Positions 1 through 17,491 of a stretch of 64,000 nucleotides of DNA are shown one piece after another. The translations under genes were made by a program, and so were the position numbers. Where the stretch lies: the NCBI GenBank assembly GCA_020137815.1, contig CM035359.1, positions 6,820,001-6,884,000 of the forward strand. Reading direction: 5' to 3'. This DNA is from Hormiphora californensis. Its lineage: Eukaryota; Animalia; Ctenophora. A model generated the notes under the pieces. The model saw only the letters and a list, made by a program, of their open reading frames with translations. It was not told the DNA's origin and did not search any database. Every line of letters starts with the position of its first letter. Position 1 is the stretch's first letter.

Positions 1-225
1 ACGCTAGGATATGACATCATTGATAATAGCTCTGCGTGTTTGTTTGTGAAATGTGAATACTGCGTGATCTTGTCCGCACCGAACACGCTTATTAGACGCC
101 CCATGAGCAGGTCCTCAGATCCGGAGCAAGATGCCACTCCGCGATGATACAGTGCCTGGCAAATCATATATGTTACAGCTGCATCATGACTGGCTTCTAA
201 TTAGCTGATGTACATGCTAATACAG

Positions 226-3200
226 GCTGCTTGGTTTGATTCATCAACTCCACTCTATCTCCCTCAAAGGAGCGACACACTTTGAGCTGGATCAGATTGT
301 GTGCGAAATGTTCATAACAAATTGGGTCGTGATCAGGTACATATAATGTATTATTTCCCTTCCTCAGCTCCCGCGATCCCTTTTCTACTAATTTACTGTA
401 TTTTTCATGGGAATATTTGTTGTTGTGTTTGAAAAGTGTACCGAGAAGTGCACAGGGATTGTTGATTGAGAAGGAATAAAAATAAGTTAATATTATGGGT
501 TTTATTTCTTCACGTCAGAGTCAGATCGTTAAATTAAGAGTTGATTTGTTGTTGAAAGCTATGTCTTATAAAGTAGTTCACTTGTTCGAAAAGAGCTCAA
601 TTAGAATACGAATGTCATGCATCACAAAATTCCTCTTTTGTACATTTCAGACTCTCTCGTTGGCTGTGTGACGGGTTGCCGACTCGAGGTATACACCCTT
701 TAAGAGTTATACTCTCTAAGTCTGTGTTTTTATATTGATTAGAAATTTTAGGGCCGTTCTTTGGGTTTGATGATGTTTCGTGTCGTGCATTAGCGATCGA
801 TCAGCCATATAAATGGCTATAAATTGGTAACATGATAACCAAGGACACGAATACATGAATAGCTTAACTCTAATGAACTATACTATAATACCACTATTAT
901 ATATGGAGTCCAATATCGTATCTTATAAGCTCAAATTATGGACTAAAACATGTATGCTTAGATCGCACAGCTAATCAAATTAAATTGGGGATGAAATGTA
1001 GTGGAAGCACTATATATGTTACACTACCAGACCTTTTCATTGGTGCAGTGATCAGGTATGCAGCATTTTAGATTAGATTACTACAGTATTCTAATCGAAA
1101 ATACTGCATTTCTGGTATACGCGTTGAACTAGCACTACCAGACCTTTTTTATTTCCAATACAGGGAGATGTCTAATCTAGCTTATAGAGTAGTAGATTAA
1201 ATATCGATCCCTGCGCTGATAATGTCGATTGAGTCACGTTCTGGTAACCCCCGGCCCACGTCTTGGTTACGAAGTCACCCCTGTTATTATATTGCATGAG
1301 CTATTATATAACTGAGGGCCAGGGGTAATTTCATTACCAACGGCCCACCCTGGACGTTATAGAAAAGTTAGTTTGATCACGTTCTCGTTACCGAATAGAT
1401 GTCGAGTTTTAAAAATGGCACTAGTACGTGCAATTTATCATCCGTACGAGACCTGGTAACTTAATGAATGCTAAGTTGTATCAGTTCATTTTAGATATTG
1501 GAAATTCTTGGAAATTCTTGGATCTGTGCTACTACTACTTATACTGCACGTTCATTTCACTAGACAGTACACGTGCAGCAGAGTGCAGCAGCCTGTTATA
1601 CTAGGTACCAGAACGAAAATCGATGAAAATTGAGGCGCTCTACTGTACTCCATATTTGGAGTTTGACCAGCATATTTAACTTTGTAATTTTGTTTGTAGA
1701 GTATATTGCTATAGCTGTACTACATACCATGCATACTACTATAATATTATACCGACACTATCTGACCTTGTTTTGCTCAAACTCGCGCGAATAACAGTCT
1801 AACTTGGCAACTCTGACCTGCGAAAAATATTATTCGTAAACACCATAATCATTTACTTTTTTGTTTGCAAACTGGAATTTCCAATATTAAAAAAATAAAG
1901 TTTCCAGTGGAAACTTCATTTTTTCAATATTTTTTAATTTAATCCCCGTCGTCTCATGCAGCTTTCAGGCCCCGGGAAATAACGAGAGTGGTCACGCATC
2001 ACGTGCTGATGCCTGATAGTCGCCGTCTGCTGGTTCCTTGACAACCCTTAAAATGTTGCATATTTCTAATGCCCAGTATATTTTCTCAACTCTATCATGC
2101 CATATTGCCATAACCCCGCCATATAGACTCCGCCGGCTCAAATAGACGCACGGCGCGCTCAAACAATTTGCACTGGTCTATTGGGCCGTGCACTGCCGTG
2201 AGTTTGTGTCTCGATAGACGCACGCCCTCTGACAGATTTGTGTAAAGATCACAAAGAATCACTGGAAACACGATAAAATGACTTGGTAACTCAAGAGGGA
2301 GTGTGTGTACAACCTACAACGCTCTCTGTCTAGATTTGGCGCCCGCCAGTCTGTTGCAACTGTTGCTCATGACCCACAATTAACTGTAATCTCTCTCTGC
2401 ATTCCACGCTTTGAAACTGTTACAACGATTGTTACGAGTGTGTAGGAATGTAGAGAGGCACTCTGTAGCTTCATTTCTAACTGTTTGACCCGTTTTGTGT
2501 GAGCTCTCTCTGTGTCAACCACCTAATTTGTGCTTGTTTTGCTTCTAGGTGCCCGCCAGCGGGGTCTATAGAACACAACTCCCTCCCTTACGTGCAGATA
2601 TACCTGTAAACCCCTCGCTGACGCTCGGGATTTACAGGGCTGTAACGCACGGGTCCCTTCGGGACCCGTGCATTACAGCTCAATAGACGCACTGCTCTGC
2701 AGTGCGTCTATTGAATAGATGCCCGCGCGGGAGGGAGTTATGTACTATATAGACTCCGCCGGCTCAAATAGACGCACGGCGCGCTCAAACAATTTGCACT
2801 GGTCTATTGGGCCGTGCACTGCCGTGAGTTTGTGTCTCGATAGACGCACGCCCTCTGACAGATTTGTGTAAAGATCACAAAGAATCACTGGAAACACGAT
2901 AAAATGACTTGGTAACTCAAGAGGGAGTGTGTGTACAACCTACAACGCTCTCTGTCTAGATTTGGCGCCCGCCAGTCTGTTGCAACTGTTGCTCATGACC
3001 CACAATTAACTGTAATCTCTCTCTGCATTCCACGCTTTGAAACTGTTACAACGATTGTTACGAGTGTGTAGGAATGTAGAGAGGCACTCTGTAGCTTCAT
3101 TTCTAACTGTTTGACCCGTTTTGTGTGAGCTCTCTCTGTGTCAACCACCTAATTTGTGCTTGTTTTGCTTCTAGGTGCCCGCCAGCGGGGTCTATAGAAC

Positions 3201-3444
3201 ACAACTCCCTCCCTTACGTGCAGATATACCTGTAAACCCCTCGCTGACGCTCGGGATTTACAGGGCTGTAACGCACGGGTCCCTTCGGGACCCGTGCATT
3301 ACAGCTCAATAGACGCACTGCTCTGCAGTGCGTCTATTGAATAGATGCCCGCGCGGGAGGGAGTTATGTACTATATAACGCACTATCTAGTTATCTCATG
3401 ACATGTCTTGCTCTCTCTCTGCAGTTGTACGGTTAAAGGCCTGA
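226..3444 (+). CDS. 3' end of an unknown spliced gene entering from upstream (putative exons 226-336, 651-688, 3425-3444)
   Basis: AG/GT-bounded segments join phase-consistently into LLGLIHQLHSISLKGATHFELDQIVCEMFITNWVVIR-LSRWLCDGLPTR-VVRLKA*. No recognisable domain. Confidence 0.35.
2121..3372. mobile_element. Head-to-tail dimer of a 626-bp non-coding cloverleaf element (units 2121-2746 and 2747-3372)
   Basis: Two apparently identical units. Each has an IR pair (tatagactccgccggc 2122-2137 / gccagcggggtctata 2555-2570) followed by three hairpins closed by aactccctccc/gggagggagtt. Confidence 0.8.
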
Positions 3445-4259
3445 TGAATTATGTCATAACTCGCTTGACAGAGTTAAGATGTCTCAGATATATATATATT
3501 TACAATATATATTTTATTTATTATATTTTATATACAATTGCGATGAACAGCATGGTGCTATGCAGCTGTTGACCAATTGACTCCAGGGCTCAATTGTTGC
3601 AGTGCCATACTGTACCATTTCATTCTGTATAATTTCATTTAGAACAGCTCGATCCATTGTCCAAAAAGTTTTATAGTTGACATGACTGGTCGATATCTTT
3701 GAATTTAATTAAACATGTCTTTATCAGTTTATAATTAATATAATTTTGTTTTGACGTACAGTCCACCTGTACCTATATCCATTATAACATCTGCCAGCCA
3801 AGTCAGCATTGACCTCACTCCGCTTAATGAGCGTGAAGCGCAGTACGAGAAGGGGTCAGCATGACATGTCTGAGTACTGTAACAGGTTACGTGGTACAAT
3901 AACTGTCAACCAAATGAGTTAAGTGAAATTTTATTGTGTGACAGTTGTTGGAGAGTGGGGAGACAGCAATTGAATTGGTGCTATGATGTCTTAAATAATG
4001 CTCCCCAATTAAAATATCTATAATTGTGACAAACAGCTATACTTAGCACTAATTATAGTTTAATAACTGTCACTTGTTGCCAATTACCATCTCTCTCGCT
4101 CTCTCCTTGTCTCTCTCCTATAAATAATAACAATCAACAACTGCTGCTCTGTTTTATTGCGAATGATTTGTAGTTAGCTAAGCGATGCAGATAACCGCGT
4201 ATTCGTTACCACAATTCAATTCAATTGTTTTTACGATGTTCAGACCTTTATATTATTAA

Positions 4260-5993
4260 CCCTTTGAGGCCCAGAGGGTCATATATGTCCAAAAGTTTGA
4301 GGCTTCCTAGCGACAAGCCTGATAAAGTTTTGGCCTAAAATAAAATGCCAGGTGGTAGCTTGAACGATTCTCTATCTATAAATCGGGACATTTTCATGCC
4401 AAGTTGTATGAGGAAGTTCCTAATTAGGACTAAATGAACCCCACTTCGTTCATTTTTTCTAATTAGGTCTCATTTCCTGATGAATTGTCCTAAACTAATT
4501 TCCTTCTAGAATAATATACTAGTAGATTAAATGGAGCTGCTAGAACAAACGGCATCAAAAAATATTAATTTTTGACTGAGAAAACTCAATTTTTGGTTTC
4601 GGGTCATATATGACCCTCTGGGTCGTTTGGGAAGTTAAGAATTTCAAACGGCCTGGGAGTCCTCCGTATGCTTTCAGAGTCTCAAAAACTGGTTAGCCAG
4701 TGCCCTAATGATGATACAAGTCCACAGGAACCGTTTCATGAACCGTATTGACCGATTTCTACGATTTAGTCTAGGTTTAGGGTCATATATGACCCTCTGG
4801 GTCGTTCACGGAAAACTACCTATCATGTTAAATTCAGTCTTTAAACGCCGTTTATGATCAAACAATATGCTAAACCCGCAGTAATTCATCACATTAGTGG
4901 GGGTAGAGCATCAAATTAAGTCCCTATCTCGACCACTTATCGAGATAATTGGGTAATTATGTCATTATCATCATGTGCATACCTCCAATTTTGGGAGAAG
5001 TTTTGGGGCAAATGAGGGCACTAAAACGTGTAGAATCATCGCCTTAGTGGGGGTAGAGCACAAAATTAAGTCCCTATTCCTACTTCTAACTGATATAATT
5101 GGATAATTAGGTAATTGAAGGTTGTGCAACTACCATGCTTCACCGAAGCGCACGGTTCAGGCTGGTGCATCAGGTTGTATCCTAACGGTATGCTAACGGT
5201 GAAGTTCAGATTACTTTAAAGTGAAAAGAGGTGAAATAAAACAGGTCAATGGTCGCTAAAAATAGGTTTGGGTCAAGTATGAGGGTTATTAGGCTGTAGG
5301 GATGATCCTACCTTGCGCTTCGGTGAAGCATGGTAGTTGCACGACCTTCAATTATCCAATTATCCAATTATATCAATTAGAAGTAGGAATAGGGACTTAA
5401 TTTTGTGCTCTACCCCCACTAATGTGATGATTCTATACTTTTTAGTGCCCTCATTTGCCCCAAAACGTTTCCCAAATCTGGAGGTATGCACATGATGATA
5501 ATGACATAATTACCTAATTATCTCGATAAGTGGTCGAGATAGGGACTTAACTTAATGCTCTACCCCCACTAATGTGATGATTTACTGCGGGTTTGGCATC
5601 TTATTTGATCATAAACAGCGTCCAAAGCCTGAATAACACATGTGAGGTGATGTGCAATGAACAACCCATAGTGTCATATGACCTGAAACCTATCCCTAAT
5701 TAGAGAAATTAGTCAATTCAGATCATGTAACGGTTCCTGTCAACTCGTTTCATCTCTAGGGCACTTACTAACCAGATTTTATGGCTTGGAAGGCATATGG
5801 AGGACCCCTAGGCCGCTTGAAATTCTTAACTTCCCAAACGACCCAGAGGGTCATATATGACCCATGCTGTATCTGAAAAAGTAATGAACCGATTTGAAAA
5901 ACTATTTTTCCCCTAATCTTAGAGTATCATGCTGGGTATATCTGGGAAAAATTAGAAAATTTCGTTCGGCCAATCACTATGGGCCTCAAAGGG
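4260..5993. mobile_element. Non-autonomous piggyBac-like element
   Basis: TTAA on both sides (4256-4259, 5994-5997), TIR CCCTTTGAGGCCCA/TGGGCCTCAAAGGG, long internal inverted arms (~4600-5150 vs ~5315-5865), repeated palindrome gggtcatatatgaccc, no transposase ORF. Confidence 0.85.
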
Positions 5994-6977
5994 TTAAGGC
6001 CAGAGGGGGGGGGTCTAAAAAGTCACTTTCGGGGTTTGGTCCGGCTCTACGTACTCATTATCTCTGTTTTGTTTTTTTTTCAGTCGGCCTGCCGGCACCT
6101 AAATAGGGCTAGGAATGCGAAAGGATGCTGTTTTCGGGAATCGGGTAGGGCTAGTCCAGGAAATAGCGAAACGATGCTGCTTTCGGGTAGCGTTGTTTCG
6201 GTATACTCTATATGTTAAATTTCGACAAATCACCATGATTCGCTAGTTTCTCTCTAAATCTAAAGTTAGTTAGCCGATGTTCTAGAGTTAGATCATTGAG
6301 GTAAGCTAGCTTACCGCGACTCATGTCTGATAGCTACAACAGAAAACCAACCAATTATACACTAAGCTTGTAGTACTTAGTGGTTTGTTGATCTTCTATG
6401 ACCTCAATTGAGATCAGGGAAAAATATCTTTGAAAACCGCTTAAAGTGTTGCCTAAAGTAGTTTATCGAGTTCTCCTTATATTTTCCTGGCTAGATGTTT
6501 GTTCTTGGCTGTAGACGCGGCCTTTTAAGTCACGTAACTAATGGAAACTATAACATATGCTAAAAGGGTCTGAGAGGGAAGCTGAGAGGTGTTTGTGAGG
6601 GGAAAGAGGCACAGAATGATAGGAGGTTGCAGTACTAGACACCTTAGCGTTTAGCTGCTAAAAAGCATTTCTCGCTGTAAATTGCAATCAATTGACCAAA
6701 CCCCGCGGTCATTGCGTTGTTAACATCTTTCCAAATAGGAACCCGCCTGCGTGTGCACTATAGATGCTTTCAATTTCCATTGTCTTGATCTTGGTAGCGA
6801 TCCGTTGATTTTGTAATTTGTAGCATTTTATATTTTAGTTTTGTTAAACTACTTAATATGGAAATTCAATGTTTTTTTATTATATCATAAGAGAGTAACG
6901 CTAAAACGGTTACAATGATCATGGTGATTCCACATACTTATATAATGACCCAACTAACTTTGCATTTTAGATTAGTT

Positions 6978-12057
<5,080 letters not shown>

Positions 12058-12942
12058 AATTTAATTTCTAAAAGACAAAATAAATACTGGCTAATAGAGA
12101 TCAAACTGAACATTTTACAGTTACATAATTTATTCAGAATAAACCCCGAATGCCCGAAAATTCACTTGACAAGTGTCAAGAATCTAATCAGACTCACTCA
12201 GAATATCATCATTGTGAGAACTCATCCATTTGTCACACGATGCTGTAGCCTGTCAAAGTGTGATTGAGTTTGACAAGTGCAAGAAGCATTGTTGCCATGC
12301 TACGCAGTCTGTCTGTTCGGCAATCGCTGAACGCAGTCTGTCTGTTCGGCAATCGCTTAAGCTCACACCGGGCCTTCGCGAAGCTAGGGCCCGGCGTGAG
12401 AGCAGACAAACAAGGAACATAATATGTCAACAGCATAGTAACTGTATTACTGCAGCACTAAAAGTAAAAGTCAGAGTCTCATTTTGTTAATTGGTGCATG
12501 CACTTGCGAGGCCGGGTTTACATATATGTGTGGCAGTAATCATTGATGATCAATAATAATAATAATAACTATGTTTGTATTCCGCCCATATCCGACAGGG
12601 ACAGAGCAGTCGAACTGTTGCTGTCACTGAAGGATGATCTGAACGGTTAACATACTTGAGTATACCTGCCGACTTATCCTTAATATTGCACAAAAAATGG
12701 TAAAGAAAAAAACAACGGCCCACATAACTATCGGTAACTGAAAACATAACAGACTGAGATAGAGTCCTGGAACTCTAAAAAGATGGTTTAAAAGTCCAAT
12801 AGATAGAAAACACTCGTGCTATGAAAAAACCCAAAACGTGCTTCACACTTCTGCTCGCCACGAGCCAAAATACAGAAAAAATAAAACAGGTACCGGCTAG
12901 AGAACAAACCTCAGTAAGATGGAGAGAACACTCCTAGGACAA

Positions 12943-15906
12943 TCAGGATTCACCGAAAGCCTCAATGAAGAGACTAGTCTTTAGCTTAGACTTGAAAGAG
13001 TCCACAGAGTCAATTGCTCTCAGATCAATGGAAAGCTTATTCCAGATTTCAGGCAGATAAACCGACGGACGTCTCCTCCTCAACTTAGAAGTTGCATTCA
13101 CACTGGATAGCTTAGGATACCTCAGCTTGAGGCCATCAGGCTGAGCGTTTCCTCTGGTAGTCCGGATCACATGTAGTCCATCATCCACAGGGACCTGTTC
13201 CTGCAGGTACACTGGAGCCAAGCCATGTACAATCTTGTACGCCATTAAGCAAACCTTGAACTTAACTCGCTGTTCAATCGGGAGGACGTGCATTTCACTC
13301 AAGTAGGGCATGTAACTGTCCTGGTGACCATACAGGCCATACACAAATCTGACACATGAGTTCAGAACTCGCTGCAAGCTATCCAGGAGCTTCTTTGGTA
13401 AGCCAGAATAAAGGACATTACAGTAGTCAAGTCTCGAAACGATGAGTTGCTTCACCAGAAGCATCTTGGTCGGTTTATCCAAACATCGGTTAACCTGCCA
13501 CAAATTCTTGAGAAGCATTCCACATTGCTTCTTAACACTGTTGATCTGCCTTTCCATCGAAATGTTACTGTCAAGGAATACACCCAGGGTCTTCCCTGCA
13601 GATCCAGTAAATTCCATAGGGCTGATTTCCACTCCTCCAAAGCTTACTGTGGGCTGGAAGACCATCTTATCCAGAGCACTGCTCTTACCTAACAGTAAAA
13701 ACTCTGTCTTTGCCTCATTACACTTAAGCCAGTGATCACTCATCCACAGTTTCACACTTGATAGACACTCCTCAATCCTCTCCTTCGCTGCATTCCAACC
13801 ATCCTCGTCAGTAGGCACAAGACTGATGTACAGTTGAGAGTCATCGGCGTATAGCTTAATCCTCAGACCAAAGGGTCTAACCAAGTCCTGGAGCTCCTCG
13901 ACATACAACAAGAACAATACCGGCCCAAGCAGTGACCCCTGTGGAACTCCACATATCAGCGTGATGATCCTCGAAAGCTCCCCCTCCACATTAACTCGGT
14001 AATTCCTACACTGTAGATAGCTGGCAAACCAATCCAGCACAGAGCCTTTCACTCCAAAACGTCCTTCCAGAGTCTCTAGCAGCTTCCCATGGTCCACTGT
14101 ATCAAAGGCAGCACTCATGTCTAAAAGAAAGAGGCCAGTGACCTTTCCTTCATCAAGGTCTCGTAGTAAATCATCAAACATACCCATCAGGAGTGTTTCA
14201 CAACTATGTCCCACCCGATAACCCGATTGATGTTTGTTCAGTAACTCATTCTCATTGAGGTATGAGTTCAGCTGCTCTAGGACAACCTTTTCCAGTAATT
14301 TGGAGATAAACGGTAGGTTGGAGACTGGACGGTAGTTGGATAAGGAGTCTTTGTCCCCATGGGGGTTCTTAATCGTAGGAAAAACCAATGCTTGTTGAAG
14401 AATATCAGGAACGCTGGAACACTGGAGTGATAGGTTTACAAACTTGCACAAAGCGGTGGCTAGCTCATCAATGCAACCTTTCACCAACCACGTAGGTATG
14501 AGATCAAGATCACAGGTCTTGTCAGGCATATCTTTGATAATCCTGATTAGTTTCTCTGGGGAAACTTCCTCAAACTTTTCAAAACAACAGACAGGGGTCT
14601 GATGTAAAACATTCCTCGTTGTCCTCTGGTTCTGCTCCTCTAACACAGTAGTTCGGATCCTCTCAACTTTTCCAACAAAGAAGTCACCAAAATCATCCGC
14701 TAGCTTCCTCTTATCACTTGTTTCTGGTAGAAAGGTTTCATTGTTTCCAAGAAGGCGGCTGAGCTTCCTCTGAAGTGCTTTTGGGTCATCCCTTGATTCC
14801 TCTAGATCATCTCTCACATACTTCATTCTCGCCTCTTTATCCACACGTCCAAACTGTCTCTTGAGGTCATTGAATTGCTTCTTCGTTATACTAGTTCTGT
14901 TGCTTTCCCAAGCCCTCTCGGCTTTCCTTCGTAGTCGAAGAACCTCACGCACCTCTGGATTATCTCTCCATGGCTTTATCTTCGCCCCTTTCTTCTTTTT
15001 CCTTTTCAGTGGGACAGTCCTCTCCACAAGATCCTCGATTATCCTCGAATAAGCAGCCAAAGCATCCTCAGCAGATTTAGACTCCATCACCGCACTCCAA
15101 TCCACATCTCCAAAAGCTCGCCTGAACAGTTCCAGGTCAACTGCCCTAAAATCCCTGTATGTGTCAATCTGTTCACGGGTTCTGTATTCACTTCTAGTAG
15201 TCTCGATTAACAGATCAGCTAAAACCATAAAGTGATCCGAAGTTGTCCCTTCTGGAAATATTGTCACTGATTGAACTTTGGAAACTCTGTCTTTTTGGCA
15301 CAGCAAGAGATCAAGAGTACCTCCTCGAACATGGGTGGGTTGCATTGGAACTAATTGATCAAACCCCAGAGAGTCAAGCAGTGCAAGTAATTTCTTGGCA
15401 TAGAAGTTCTGGGTGTCGTGGACTTGGAAGTTAAAATCACCCATCAGAACGGGATATCCAGTTTTGCAGACTAGCTCGGACAGATAGTCATTAAACTCAT
15501 CCAGGAACTGTGCTTCCGTATATCTTGCCTTGCCCGTGTAAGGAGGCCTATAGATATTGCACAACCTTGTAAGATCCTGCCCAATACCGATAAGGGCTTC
15601 CTGGACCTGGAATGATTTAAACTTAGTCTTTACTGGTGTGTACTTGATCTTTACGCCATCCCTGTACAAGATCCCAATTCCTCCTCCAGAGCGTTCGGCC
15701 CTAGGAGAGGAGAAGATGTTCCAACCATAATCTCTGATCTCCTGAAGTTTTGCAGTGTCACTTTGCTTCAGATAAGTCTCCTGTACCAAGCAGATGTCGC
15801 ATCCTTTTTCCTCCAAGTGTGTAATTACCCCTGACGTTTTATTCATAATTGAGTGAACATTTAGTGAGCCAATCTTCCAAGTCGTTTTCCTCTCAGGTCC
15901 TCCCAT
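12943..15906 (-). CDS. LINE ORF2: AP endonuclease + reverse transcriptase, no RNase H
   Basis: APE motifs SLNV, LVQET, GDFN, SDH. RT motifs YRPVSNL, LDMSAAFDTV, GVPQGSLLGP, YADD. CR1/L2-type C-terminus SRLDYCN. Confidence 0.97.
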   Translation of the reverse strand: MGGPERKTTWKIGSLNVHSIMNKTSGVITHLEEKGCDICLVQETYLKQSDTAKLQEIRDYGWNIFSSPRAERSGGGIGILYRDGVKIKYTPVKTKFKSFQVQEALIGIGQDLTRLCNIYRPPYTGKARYTEAQFLDEFNDYLSELVCKTGYPVLMGDFNFQVHDTQNFYAKKLLALLDSLGFDQLVPMQPTHVRGGTLDLLLCQKDRVSKVQSVTIFPEGTTSDHFMVLADLLIETTRSEYRTREQIDTYRDFRAVDLELFRRAFGDVDWSAVMESKSAEDALAAYSRIIEDLVERTVPLKRKKKKGAKIKPWRDNPEVREVLRLRRKAERAWESNRTSITKKQFNDLKRQFGRVDKEARMKYVRDDLEESRDDPKALQRKLSRLLGNNETFLPETSDKRKLADDFGDFFVGKVERIRTTVLEEQNQRTTRNVLHQTPVCCFEKFEEVSPEKLIRIIKDMPDKTCDLDLIPTWLVKGCIDELATALCKFVNLSLQCSSVPDILQQALVFPTIKNPHGDKDSLSNYRPVSNLPFISKLLEKVVLEQLNSYLNENELLNKHQSGYRVGHSCETLLMGMFDDLLRDLDEGKVTGLFLLDMSAAFDTVDHGKLLETLEGRFGVKGSVLDWFASYLQCRNYRVNVEGELSRIITLICGVPQGSLLGPVLFLLYVEELQDLVRPFGLRIKLYADDSQLYISLVPTDEDGWNAAKERIEECLSSVKLWMSDHWLKCNEAKTEFLLLGKSSALDKMVFQPTVSFGGVEISPMEFTGSAGKTLGVFLDSNISMERQINSVKKQCGMLLKNLWQVNRCLDKPTKMLLVKQLIVSRLDYCNVLYSGLPKKLLDSLQRVLNSCVRFVYGLYGHQDSYMPYLSEMHVLPIEQRVKFKVCLMAYKIVHGLAPVYLQEQVPVDDGLHVIRTTRGNAQPDGLKLRYPKLSSVNATSKLRRRRPSVYLPEIWNKLSIDLRAIDSVDSFKSKLKTSLFIEAFGES

Positions 15907-17146
15907 GCCCTCGTCTGATACAGGTTTTTTTCTCCTTAGTCACGCCACTTGTGCTCTCCATGAGTCTAGCTTTAGCATTGATGTAGAATGGACACATACT
16001 GCTTGAGGCTGGGTGACTCTTAGCATGACGCTTGTCCTCTTTGCTTCCTCCATGATCACAGTTGACACATTTCATTCTGCTCACTACGTTATCCTTCTTG
16101 GCTTGGCAACTCCTAGTATCATGATCCCCTGTACAGAAGGCACAAACAGCAGATTTATCCTTGTTTGGACAGTAGATGGACCCTGCTACATGACCAAAGC
16201 GCTGACAGTGGAAACACTGAGTGACATAAAACCTGTTCCTAACAAAGTGCTGTCGGAGCTTCAAAAAGAGCTTGTCCTTCCGGTCAGCAATCACCTTCCT
16301 CACCTCTGGGGTTACCTGAATCACAGCATATCTCCCTGTCTTGTTAATATGAACCACCTTCACAACATGACCCTCCTCAACAAGCCTCTTCACTGACTCA
16401 TTCTTATCACTGACAATCTCGGAGAGAAGACTATCCTTCTCTAACAGGTCCTGATCAAGGTCATTGACCATTATCCGGGGATCCTTCTTCTTCTCTTTCT
16501 CCACTGCAGAAGACACATCAAGGAATGGAGAGAGGACCTCCTTCGCTTGTTCCATCTGATCATCCGTCTCAAACATCAGATTAGTCCGTCTCTTGTTGAC
16601 AGAAAGATCTAACACCGGAATATTCTTCAACGCTGTTTCCACTTTTGTTCGTACAACTTCGGTCCATTTCTTCTCACACATTGGTCCATCTTCCCCTTTG
16701 TCCTTGATTGTCAGGTACCTCTTTATCGGAGTCACAGGAGCCACTGCTCCTGTATTTGAGTCAGGAGGAGTCACACTGTCAGGGATGGTTCCTCGATCAG
16801 CTGCAAGAATCTTGCTAACCTTGGGAGCTACTAGATCCGGAAGTGAACCTAGAAGATCCTCTTTCAGCTTTTCCAACGTCTCCTGTAAATCTCCTGCCGT
16901 GAATGAAGATACAGATTCAGATGAGTGGGTAGAGATGCGTCTGGTGTCCGGTAACAAAGCATACAGTTGTTTGATAACTGTCCATAAAATCGGTTTGGTA
17001 GTCCCCCTCGGAGCTTCCGCCGTATCATCCTTGATGCTCTGTGCTATGCTGGCACCTTTACAACTATCAGAGTAGCTCGTGGCGAGCAACTTACCCTCCA
17101 TATCTGTCTTGCACATAATAACATCATGGGTAGCCACACCCGACAT
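15893..17146 (-). CDS. LINE ORF1, gag-like with three CCHC-type zinc knuckles
   Basis: CFHCQRFGHVAGSIYC, CAFCTGDHDTRSC, CVNC...HPASSSMC. Overlaps ORF2 by 14 nt. Confidence 0.9.
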   Translation of the reverse strand: MSGVATHDVIMCKTDMEGKLLATSYSDSCKGASIAQSIKDDTAEAPRGTTKPILWTVIKQLYALLPDTRRISTHSSESVSSFTAGDLQETLEKLKEDLLGSLPDLVAPKVSKILAADRGTIPDSVTPPDSNTGAVAPVTPIKRYLTIKDKGEDGPMCEKKWTEVVRTKVETALKNIPVLDLSVNKRRTNLMFETDDQMEQAKEVLSPFLDVSSAVEKEKKKDPRIMVNDLDQDLLEKDSLLSEIVSDKNESVKRLVEEGHVVKVVHINKTGRYAVIQVTPEVRKVIADRKDKLFLKLRQHFVRNRFYVTQCFHCQRFGHVAGSIYCPNKDKSAVCAFCTGDHDTRSCQAKKDNVVSRMKCVNCDHGGSKEDKRHAKSHPASSSMCPFYINAKARLMESTSGVTKEKKTCIRRGHGRT

Positions 17147-17491
17147 CCTGTCCTGTAAATAGAGGCGCGAGGAACCGTTCCTTGCAAGTCTTGGCGTCCT
17201 TGGTTATAACCCAACGAGGTCCTCTGAGATCTGTTTACTTAGAAAAACCAGACACGTCTTCTCTTGTCTTTTCTTTAAGGAGAGGGATAAACAGAAGTCT
17301 CAGAAGGATTAGCGAGGGGCAGCAAAACGGATCCTCAAATTAATTTGTTTAAAGTAGTGTTGATCAATTTGATCTAAATAATTTTGTGTTGTTTTTAAAA
17401 TACTTCAATTTGCAATAATAATAACAAAGTTTGTACTTATAATGCTCAGACCCCGCCCCGTAGGACACCAGAATCCAAAAAATTTAAATAT

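Larger units (their letters stand above)
12552..17340 (-). mobile_element. Apparently full-length non-LTR retrotransposon, CR1/L2 group
   Basis: Two intact ORFs, a ~390-nt 3' UTR and a (TTA)n tail at 12552-12568 on the minus strand. The 5' boundary is approximate. Confidence 0.9.

Noticed and set aside
13442-17075. Antisense ORFs over the LINE and over the LDLa-GPCR
   Set aside because: Shadows of long coding frames with no independent motifs.
12547-17368. tgatcaat on both sides of the full-length LINE as a TSD
   Set aside because: Short AT-rich match overlapping the tail, with an undefined 5' boundary.
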